64,000 nucleotides of DNA from Chlorokybus atmophyticus (taxonomy: Eukaryota > Plantae > Mesostigma and Chlorokybus algae), in contig RHPI01000732.1 in NCBI GenBank assembly GCA_009103225.1, forward strand, positions 108,482 through 172,481. The letters are read 5' to 3'. The notes under the pieces were generated by a model. The model was given only the letters and a program-made list of their open reading frames with translations. It did no database searches and was not told where the DNA came from. Numbering within the stretch: the stretch's first letter is position 1; each line of letters begins with the position of its first letter. Positions 48,810 through 59,581 of the stretch are shown piece after piece. A program made the position numbers and the translations under genes.

Positions 48810-51800
48810 NACACCACAGCTTCGGTGTCATTGGCTTGACCTCTTGCAAGCTGTCCAGTAACTTTACTCATTCTTGACACTTGCATACATCCGCGTACGC
48901 AACCCACTGCGAGACCCACCCCGCAGTCCAGGCCTGCTTGCACGACATGTCGCTTTTATACCTACCAGTCTGCACATGCTACGGTCTAGACGATTCCCGT
49001 GCTACACAAAACTAGATGCTAAGATGTTATTGCAGAACCTTGTAGTATACTCATAGACCTTGATTACGCACCACAGATCTCCTGATTAGGTGCTCGTATA
49101 GTCAAGTTATATTACTTGGCGCCAGGCCCTTCCAGAAATCTGGTCGAGCCCTTCTCGACTGGCCCTCCGTTTTCTGGCACTTTCCGGACTGGTCCTTGTG
49201 CCCCGGTCGATATCCGCGACAGACTCATAACTCGCCGATATCTGCCACAAGTCATGAAAACGTGGTGCTCGATACATGGGCCAAAAAAGACCCTAAAATC
49301 ATGAAACTTGGCCTCGACTGTTACAACCAAGATGTTATCAAGTTACACAAGCACAATCTTGCCTATCAGCTTGTGAAAGACACGGTTCATCATAGCTTGA
49401 AAGGTGGTTGGCGTATTCTACAGCCCCAAAGGCAGTACTTTGTACTTGAAGTGGCGAAGCGGCGTACGAAACGCTGTCTTAGGCACATCTTCCGGTGTAG
49501 CACGGATCTGATGGTATCCACTAATCAAGTTCAAGGAGCTGAACACTGAGGCGCCGCTCAGTTGATCAAGCAAGTCATCTATCTTCGGTAGTGGGTACCC
49601 GTATTCTTGTTGGTTAGCTGGTTCAAAGCCCTGTAATCCACGCACATGCGAGTCCAACATCCGTTTTCGGTACGAAAAGGATGGGTGCTCCAACTTGAAA
49701 GGGAGAGCTACTTGGGGCTAGCACCCCTTTGTTGAGCAAGGCCTTGATCTGCCCCATCACGCCTGCATACTCAGCTGGACTGAGTCTGTACACAAGCCCA
49801 AATGGAGGTTGCGCACCTTGTTCAAGAGGGATCGTATGCCATACGTTCCTCTCAGGCGGCAATTTAGGCATACTAGCTGTAAACACATCCGATTACTTAT
49901 GCAGCAGAGCATCCAAGCCAAAATGACGTAACCGACCATTAGACTCACCATTTGGCATGGTCACAGAGTCACCAGTGGCAGTCTGATGTTGAATGCCATT
50001 TGCTCACCGATTGGCATTTTGCTGTCAACCGCAGTGGTTGTCTTTGTCAGCATCATAAAAATGGGGTTGTGCTCCATATCAAACAGCTTTTTTAACATGC
50101 ATGGCACTCAACAAGGGTGATGAGACACATGTTGAGTTATAAATGACAGGAGTGGAAGCGTCATCACTCGCAACTGCCCGCATGGTCACAACCTGGTCCT
50201 TTGCGCACATTGCAAACCTTGGTGTCCGCATCAGTGCATAAGCCACATGCATGTTCCCAACGACTGCCAACAATGACATCAACGCCAGGCACGTCGACCG
50301 GGATCATCATGAACTGCAATTGTGCATGGTATCCTTGAACACGCAAGGACAAACGCACAGACCCGCGCATAGGGATCTCATGCTTATCTAGTGCAACTAC
50401 TAACTCACTAGACCCTTGACTTGTATGCCTAGGCCTTGCACGAGAGACTCATGAAGTTCTCTGGCGTGCCAATTTCTATCATAAGAACAGCTGGCACATG
50501 TGCAATCGACGCTTTAAACAACCAAGTCAGGTCCAAGTCACTTACTCGGTGGAGAACTGGTGGATCATACACAATCCGTAATGAGCAACCAACGCCGGAA
50601 TGTCTCTTGTCAACCTCTCGCAACACCTGCATGCCCTTAAGAAGGTGCAACCATGCCCCTCCGTACTTACCCATCATCACATATGCACTGGTATTGTGTG
50701 CGCGCTCTTGCTCTTACACTTAACATAGTGCTTGAGAACAATGGTCAACTGATAAAAGGCGCATTCAACAACACTTGTTGACTAGCACAATCATGTTGCA
50801 AAACGTTGACATCAACCGGCACACCCATATCAATGTTCCCAATTGCAACATTGGCAATGTTGCAATTGGGCGCAGTGCTTCCGCGTGAATATGAAACCAA
50901 GAGCGACACCGCTTTGGCCTCATTGCCAGGCTACACATCAGCAGCATGCATCACGCGCTTACTACCCAACAACCGGTCACGTCAGCAACAATAAGATTCT
51001 TTTCTTTCGCATTAAACATTTCAGATCAAAAATCTAGGTGAGGCATCATCTTGTTGGCGTTGGCGGCTGCCACCTTGGCCAGCTCCTGCTCATGTTGCTC
51101 CATTTCAGGTAGCATTTGTAGCAGTCAGCTCCGCATGTTGCTGTTGTATGGTTGCCATCTGTTCCTTCAGTTCAACGATGTAAGTTGCCATGCAGCTTCA
51201 GAGTCAACCGTTCGATGTCGATGATGACGGGGAATGTCAAACCGCTGCTTGCACAAGCACGTACTAAGTTTTTGGTGCAACAACACACCTGCATGCAAGC
51301 AACCAGGTGTGCGGGGTAGCAAGAACAAGCTAACACACGCACAATTGACGTGACACAAGCCTGAAAGCGCCCATACTCAGCATGCAAGAGTGTGCACAAA
51401 GCTGGATGTCAATACGCGATCAACAAAACCATGTATCATGCATCATCATCTCGCGGCATCACCACACAGTGCATGCAAGCAAACAATGCCACACCTGCAC
51501 GGCACAGCAAGAACACATGCCAATGGACGCATGCAAGGCTTGAATCGCAAGCTCCAAGTCAAATGTAACACTGGGTACTTACTTACCTGCTCTATAGCAC
51601 TCCCTAACTTGTGTACGCACACAAGGACTTTATCAAGCAAGAAAGTACAGCATCCAGGAGGTAGCTCGGAAGCACCAAGAAAGGAGCGCAAGATGACCAC
51701 AAGCTCTCACCTCAAGCTCCAGACCTTCACGCCCCACGAACATACACTACCCCCACAAGGGTGGTAAGGGAAGAGCCCCTTTAAATAGCTCCAAGCTAGG

Positions 51801-52887
51801 CACCCCACACATAAGATGGTACACTAGTAGTGCAACTCCTATGTGCCCAACACAGGGCTGCAACTTAGCTTATGTACCCCTTGCTACTCTTCGACCTGGC
51901 ACACATATTAATCAATGGCCCGCACGAGCCTTGACAATATGCGCTGGCTTTTTAGCACATGCTGACATATTCACTACATCGGGAACATCAACCCACCTCA
52001 GGATTATCATCTGTCACGTCGCTTACACCTCGAAAATGTTAAATATAGCCCTAAGGGCCCCTTAGAGGTGCTCGGACAATAACCGCCATCAACACCTTAC
52101 TGCATCTCGCAGTAGCTACAAGATAGCAATCGTGGTCACCTTCATATGCAGTCTGACGATAACTGCCATTGGTGGTTCACAACTGCTTGCAGGCTGCTAG
52201 TAGTAGCAACATATGTCACATCCGTGACATACAAGGCCTTCACGGCCTGTAACATTAACAAGCTTTGTGTTGAAATGTATCAATGCTCTGTGTGTAGTAA
52301 CATGCCCTAGAATCCCAAGGATGCTTGGATTAACCTCATGAGCACACCTGCCAAGCACTACATAACTTGACAAGCGGGATCCTCACTTAGTTCTGCTTAC
52401 TTACCACATAAGTAAGCAACCGAGAGTAACTTTTACCAGCCCAGTGGGCATGGCAAGATGGGCTGTGCTCGCTGCAATGCTAATACTTAAAAGGAAAGTT
52501 GATGCATGTTGATGTATATGTATGCCATGTGTTTCATCTATTCTTGTATGAATCTCATGCAAGACCTTACAACAGCTCTTGAATATATGTAACAATAATA
52601 ATGTCGTTGTCGCTTTTGATGAAATGCGATGATGACATTGTAATCAAATGTCACCCATGCATGATATTCAATAGTACAACGCATATTCTTAGGTATATGC
52701 TATGTCACTTCGTCATATGTTTTAAGAATGTACCATGTTTGATAACACACTTTATAAGGGTACGCATGTATACGGGGTGCTGCATCATGCATGCTGACAT
52801 ATATGCGCACTCTGTGCATGTCGGCCGCGGCGCGGCCTCTGAAGCGTGCATGCAGCCACACCGGAGGGGTGGGGTGGTGGTGGTGGT

Positions 52888-52925
<38 letters not shown>

Positions 52926-52937
52926 GGGGGGGGGGGG

Positions 52938-53114
52938 NNNNNNNNNNNNNNNNNNNNNNNNNNNNNNNNNNNNNNNNNNNNNNNNNNNNNNNNNNNNNNN
53001 NNNNNNNNNNNNNNNNNNNNNNNNNNNNNNNNNNNNNNNNNNNNNNNNNNNNNNNNNNNNNNNNNNNNNNNNNNNNNNNNNNNNNNNNNNNNNNNNNNNN
53101 NNNNNNNNNNNNNN
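52938..53114. other. Assembly gap flanked by (GT)n/poly-G
   Basis: N run directly visible. Confidence 0.99.
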
Positions 53115-54059
53115 GGGGGGGGGGGGGTTATGAGTTCGCGCAACTGCTGGCGCCAGCGCCGGGGTTCAAGTTGCAGCGTCCTAACATCCTCCTATCATCA
53201 TCGTCGCCGTTGTCATGCATGTGGGCGCTTGCGTGGGCTGGGCAAACTTCTACGTCCTCTTCTCCTCTCTACCCTCTACCCTCTGCAGGTGGTTGTCAAC
53301 GCTGCCCCACCTGCACCTTGCTGTTGCATGCTGCTGCGTGAGGGTCTAGTTAGTCGAGAGTGTAGGGCTTAGGTGCGTTGAGTCTTGGAGTTTCAAACTC
53401 TGCCTTGGCCCCCATCTAATTGACTGCTGCGTGCTTGTTGTTGCTGGTTGCATGAGTGCTGCTTATAATTGTTGTCAGCTTGCACATAGCACAACTTCTT
53501 TGAGCATGCCTCGCGCAGCTCTTATGCAAGTCATGTAACAAAACAACACTTACAAGATTCTCACCATGAGATGCACTTGGCATCAAACATGACATGCGAG
53601 CGAACAATGACCTGCATGCGACATATGGATGAGGTGTTGAGCTACCCCACTGACTAAATGTGCAGAAGTCTTTATATGCTTCCTTGCTATGGAGTCTGGC
53701 TACTTGCTGAGTAGCAACAACTTGCACCCTCTGTTATACTGTTAATCATGCGTGGCCGCCGCGCGGCCGTACGCATGTATACACGCGGCTTTGTTGCAGC
53801 CGCCGTCGCAACACATGATTACATACCACACCACGTGTGACATGGAGGGTGGCCAGACAGCCATGTGATGTTCTTTGAGGCCGTATATGGGGACACCAAA
53901 ACATCCCAATACTGCAAAAGCGGACAACTTACCCCCGAACAGCACCCACCAACATGAGCAGTACGCACCAAGCACCCCGTTGGTGACGAATATGTGAAAC
54001 CAGGCATGTCAAGGAATGCGCAATGCGGGAAGCACAGAATGTCTTTGCAGAAGAGGCAT

Positions 54060-57000
54060 TTATCTTCGCGTCCTGCAAGCCTTATCCAACTCATGAACCA
54101 AATTCGACAGGGTCAGCATTGCTGAAGACGGAGTGCTGTTGTACAGCCTGCAAAGGGCAGTGAGGCCGATATCGCGAAGGTCCTCTTTTTGCAGCAGTTG
54201 CCTTACTACAGGAAGCCATATTTGTGGAGACCGCTGCACCATATGCGTCAAGCTTGCAAAGGCATGTGCCAGCTCTCGGATCGCGCTCTCATCACTTTGA
54301 TACAGCAACGGTGCGTCATCAGCATCTGTTATAGGATGCATACTGCGACCTGCCAGCAGATGGAGATCACCATGAGAACTCACATAACAATGATATGCAA
54401 ACAAGCGCTTGAAGCTTGCAAGCAGTACCTTGGCCACGCTTCAAGCCTGCCATGCGCAGTGTTGTCGCCACATACATGTCTGCTGCATTCAACGCGTCAT
54501 GCCGAAGAGCGGAGCGTATCCTCCTGTTCACAACAATGGTAAGAAACAAAGCCAGCCATCAATGCCAATAACTACTGGCAATGCGCTTGCTTAACTGAAT
54601 CAGGACAGCAACATTGAACACTGTAGAAAGCTACAACTTGCATACAACAGACCATGGGCATAAACAACTAGCGCCAAAAGATGGAGTAATACCTGCCAAC
54701 ATCTGTTGGGGCTGTAATGAAGTCAATTCCGTCTTCCACAACAAGAGCAATGTCTTTCTCATTGGCCGTCCAGACATCCTGTGCGGTAGTCGTGCGGCTT
54801 GCAGCAGTTGCTTTTGATTTGACGTCACCATCCTTCAAGTTGACCACCTGCACCAAAGGTGCAGCAAAGACATATTTTGCTTAAGTAAACCAGCTGTTTC
54901 AGTGTGGAACAAACAATGTATGTATGCTATGTGCACCTGAACTAGACGCGACAACCTGTTCCATCGCACGTGCCCGTTTCGCTCCAACAGCATGGCCCAA
55001 AGAATCTTGCGCGTATCTTCAGAGCGGTCACTCACAAGCCGCGACACGACATAAGGATACGCCCGGGCCACCACCTCACTGCCAACAACAACCATGTCGC
55101 TCAACACGAAACCAAACCATATCAGAGTGACAAAATGGCACAACTGGGCCCTGCATCCTGGCCAAGCCTTACAATGAGGGATCCAGTGCTGAAGCTGTCC
55201 CCTCAAGTGCTGCCAATGACCGAATCACACTACAAGCACACGACAAGGGTCAGTTTGCAGTCCTCCGCAGAGCAACGCATGATGCTGTTGAACTCAACAC
55301 AACTCACAGGGAGTAGTGTGCCGGAAGCCTGAACCCAAACTGGTACATGACACTCGACAGTTGAGATATCACTCCCTGCGCACAAGTGTAAACCATCAGC
55401 CAATCAATTCACCATTGTCAGAAACACAACATGTACGAAAAACCGTAGAGTACACTGACCGCACTGGCATGTCATATGGCCTTGATGTGAGACATAAAAC
55501 TCATCTCAGTAGCATCACAAGTGTGCAAGTGCAGGTCAAACCTGAAAGTCCATGCGAACTTTGTCTGCTCCAGTCCCAAAACTATCCTCCAATGCCTCCA
55601 CTACAGCTTCATGCTCCACCGAATCCGGCATCAGACCTAAGCTAAAGAAATCTTCTACCAAAGCTTCAGCATCCTGGTGCAGTTGGAATCAGCACATGTT
55701 CGCACGAGCCAGTTGCATACAAGCCGTGCGATAACAAGTATACCTGATTTACAAAATGTATTAACGTGTACCTGTAGGCCAACACAGAACCATTAGATTT
55801 GTCCATACAATATAGAGCTACTTGAAAAACAGCCGCTCAAACTGCAAGTCAGGCAAAGGCCCATTGCGTCCCATTGCACATGGCACAATGGGCCGTTGCC
55901 TGACTTGCACATTGCAACTGACTCACATCAACCCAACACGATCTGCGCGCTGTAGCTGGTACATCATGCCAAAGTCCAGGTACGCCAAGTCCCCATCGGG
56001 AGTCACCAGCAGGTTACCTGGGCGACAGCGCGGTGAGCAACCAACAGCTCTGCTTATTCCCAACACATACCTGCTTGAATCTCCAACAGTCATATTACCA
56101 GGATGCGGATCTGCGAGACAGCAAACCAGCAATCAGGGCATAAATTCCAACAACCCAGTAGCAAACTACAGCAGTGCAGCTGAGGACGAAGACATAAATA
56201 TGAATGCATTTGGCAAGTTCAGGCATGATGCATAGCGTTAATGCTGACCTGCGTGAAAGAATCCTTGCCCAAGAAGCTGCTGCAATGAACACTGGACACC
56301 TGTGTCCGCCAGAGCACTAACGTCCAGCTTAAGCTGCGCAATGCTGGCCTGACAACAACACCAGCGGTGTAAGGAGGGCTATCACTTGCAGCAGGTGTAC
56401 TCAAGCGTTCATCCAACATCAAGCCATTGCGGGAGAAAAAGTGGTTATCAGAAGGATAAGGTATCACCTTGGATGACGAACTTCTTAAGTTGCTTCAAGG
56501 ATGCAACATGCATGCACACACAGGCAAAGAGACAGAGACACACAAAAAGACCTGGGCAAACGGGAAGGTTGCTACGCACGCTGAGCAATCGCTGGATTGT
56601 GCAATAGGCCAATGGCGATGGTTGAGTAGCATATTAACCAGCAGCCACCCAATGGCATACCACTGGCAAGTCAGTCTCTGCTGATCCTCGTGTAAACTTA
56701 CATGATCCGTCAACTTAAAGCCATCGATCCACTCCATCGTCAGCACCATGCGCGATGTGTGCGACCAATAGATTTTCGGTGCCTTGATGCCGACAACTCC
56801 TGGAGCAGATGGCCTTGCATAGAGCTTAGCAAATTTTTCCGCGTTGCGCCCTTCACGTATGTAGTCCAACTCATCATACACGCGTCCCACCTTAAAAGAT
56901 TATGACGAGGTCTCAATGCAGGACACTCGACGAACTGACGAGCTTATCACAGCTCCATTCTTACCAGCTCATCAACCAAGCCGACAAGGTCTCCACGGAG

Positions 57001-59100
57001 CCAAGGCCATGCTCGCTGAGCAATGCCCGCCACAGAGCGAAGAACATGTGTGTCAAGTGTGACGTTGTCCACAGCGTTTGGTCGCTGCACCTTAACAGCA
57101 ACCCACTCGCCAGTGCCTGCAATCTGCGCCTTGTAGACCTGGAACAAACACAACGTGGATATGCAAAGCGCTGAAACTGTTGAATGCATAGGACGCACAG
57201 AGGCTGCTGAAGTAGAACAAGTGTACACACCACCATACCTGACCCAGTGATGCTGCAGCAATGGGCTCGTCGCTTATGTACTGAAAAAGCTCGGACAGTG
57301 AGCGGCCGAGGTCGTTCTCAACAATGGACATGGCTGTTTCACTATCAAAAGGCTCCATTTGATCCTGCGCACAGTGCAGCTTGTGAACAAACTGCATATC
57401 TCAACCCCAGCTAATGCTTTGAATGGTTGTGCAGCTGTCTTGCTCAACAACTCTGCTTAGCGCAGTCTACCCAACATCAGCTGTGCATCTGGGCAACTAA
57501 CTTGCCAATTATACTACCGTACTGCTACGGACTATTCCATGGTTTATAAGTTAGAAATGCGGGGTGTCGAAAAAGCCCCCCCCCCCCCCCCCCCNNNNNN
57601 NNNNNNNNNNNNNNNNNNNNNNNNNNNNNNNNNNNNNNNNNNNNNNNNNNNNNNNNNNNNNNNNNNNNNNNNNNNNNNNNNNNNNNNNNNNNNNNNNNNN
57701 NNNNNNNNNNNNNNNNNNNNNNNNNNNNNNNNNNNNNNNNNNNNNNNNNNNNNNNNNNNNNNNNNNNNNNNNNNNNNNNNNNNNNNNNNNNNNNNNNNNN
57801 NNNNNNNNNNNNNNNNNNNNNNNNNNNNNNNNNNCCCCCCCCCCCCCCCCCCTTTCGACAGGTCACACACACGCAATGCATGCCATTGATGCTACATCGA
57901 TTAGGTAGTGCAGTATAGCAATCTATAAGTCCGCCGAGATTTGTCGAAGATCAACCTATCTAATATATTAAAAAAGTGTTGGATAGTCCCTAGCTGTACG
58001 GTAGTGATAATCTGACCCAACTGCTTTGAGGCTACAACTCCTTTCAGCTACACCCGGCACCCACCTGCAGCTTTGCTAGCTCATTGCAGATTTCGGGTGG
58101 CACGACATCCGGGCGTGTGCTCATTGCCTGGCCCAACTTCACAAAGGCGGGCCCAAGCCGCTGCAGACTGCTGCTGAAGTACACTGCACGCCTGCCACGC
58201 GGTGTGAGCCAGCTGTTAAACACTGCACACTTATACACTGCCTGCATGAGACAAGTGACAATTGCTGTTTAGGCCAGTCAGCGCCCATACTTGCGGATAT
58301 CAGGCTGTACAAGCTTGACAATCTGCAAGAGACCCAGCTCCACCGCAATCACCGTTGCACGCCAGACCATTGTGAACTGCCGCAGTCGAGACTGTCTGCC
58401 CCTTGCCAACGAATCATGCGAGCCAACACTGCACAAGGAACAGCTGTCAACACCAAGAAGAGTATGCATGCGGTTGCATACAAGGTGCTGCACACTTGCA
58501 TGCTTCAATGTGCATTATGGGTGCTCGACATAAAACTGCACACTTGAGTGTTGTTTAACTGCAATGCACGAATGGTCGTGTCGTGTGCATGAAAGCTACA
58601 ACCATGAGCAATGAACTCTGGCACAAAGATGAAGTCAACAGCACGTCCTAGAATAACACATAGCAGCAAACTCACCTCTTGCCAAAGGCGGCTGCTTTTT
58701 CCGCCTGCGGCGCTGCCAAGCCATAGTCCATCTTCTGCCGCATGCTCCTAAACAGACCTGACGCCCATTTTGCGAGACCGGGCTGCAAACATACAAGCCG
58801 TCAGCTCGTACACTTGTCGGATGCTTGTAGTTGAAAATGTATAAGCTTGCGACAGGTATGTAACTACAGTTACAGATCTGATCTCACACTGCATGCAGAA
58901 TTGAAATTGCATGAGAGTTCACTCTGACTCACGCTTACGTTCTCAAAAGCTGTTGCAGGTGGGCCTGAGGTGTTGGCGGTGGTGGCATAATGATCGGGGT
59001 GGATGTTGAATGCATGTCTTGCTGCTGCGGGGTTTGACCATGCTGGTGCAATCCGCAGGGGGCCATGGGCTCGCCGGGCCAGCTGGCGCGTAAAGCTCAT
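54060..59100 (-). CDS. ABC1K: ABC1/UbiB atypical kinase (ABC1K1/K3-like subgroup), ~16 exons
   Basis: LGPAFVKLGQAMSTRPD, PIAAASLGQVYKA, VAVKVQRP, ELDYIREGRNA, LTMEWIDG, FFHADPHPGNLLV, LAYLDFGMM, VARAYPYV. Transit-peptide-like start MSFTRQLARR at 59100. Confidence 0.9.
57595..57834. other. Assembly gap between poly-C runs in an ABC1K intron
   Basis: N run directly visible. Confidence 0.99.
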
Positions 59101-59581
59101 GAAACATGAGCCAGTAGACACCAGCACAAATCTGCAGCCATGCAAAACGCCTGCGCTTCCCAAGCCAGGCCCAAAGCAGTGCTCAGCTCCTTCTGACTTG
59201 CATGACGCAGCTTCAACCCCTGCTTGCCCTTCTTCTAGACGCTTCAACTACCTCATCACCCGCTCCAGCAATACCAATTACGCAACAAATGCTCGCGCTA
59301 AGACCATAAACGCCCTCGCCGCCACCACCACCGCCGCCACCGCCAGAGCACTTCTGCAGTGCCACGTAGCATGCATGGGTTGGCCAAACCCGCAAAACAC
59401 TAAATGGAACCCGGCTCACACGAACTGGTTCGCTCAACTCTGATGTTGACGTGGCCGCGCCTAAGCCCAGAAGCAAACAGCAACATATATCGCGCTTATC
59501 AGCTTTGACATCAACGACTCAATTGATATCAGTGGTTTGTACATGCACCCGTGTGTTCAGTGACGTGGATTAATGCGAAGC

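Larger units (their letters stand above)
38173..48947 (+). mobile_element. Degenerate Ty3/gypsy element carrying a C5 DNA methyltransferase and a PHD finger (DNMT-gypsy)
   Basis: TGTC..GACA termini with apparent 4-bp TSD TGTC. Candidate 5' LTR 38173-38851 (TGTCACG..CGTGACA), then gag, DNMT, RT, RNase H, integrase, PHD and PPT (48366-76). The 3' end is anomalous. Confidence 0.8.
37877..49325 (-). mobile_element. Solo LTR (~670 bp, split into 37877-38172 and 48952-49325) related to the young chromovirus LTR
   Basis: Both parts align (reverse complement) with LTR 19617-20288. 5-bp TSD ACCAA (37872-76, 49326-30), inserted in the gypsy B RT coding sequence. Confidence 0.9.
28500..52455 (-). mobile_element. 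Old degenerate Ty3/gypsy chromovirus (gypsy B) hosting copia, hAT, a solo LTR and the DNMT-gypsy
   Basis: 5' LTR 51564-52455; 3' LTR 28500-28590 plus 34381-35180 (both ~890 bp); PPT GCAAGTGGGGAGGAA at 35181-95. Pol relics: [13 protein letters not shown] (~49570), RT split at LDNILV/FSK, RNase H ISDASLDG..TEQELL (37185-37505), chromodomain EYEVEAMVG..SWEPISNL (35400-35600). No TSD match found. Confidence 0.75.

Noticed and set aside
38173-48947. DIRS/Ngaro (tyrosine recombinase) interpretation of the split repeats
   Set aside because: A DDE integrase, gypsy domain order and a PPT are present, and no recombinase motif was seen.
52601-53372. Long ORFs spanning N runs (also 2167-2637 and 57525-57908)
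   Set aside because: Length is inflated by gap Xs and simple repeats.
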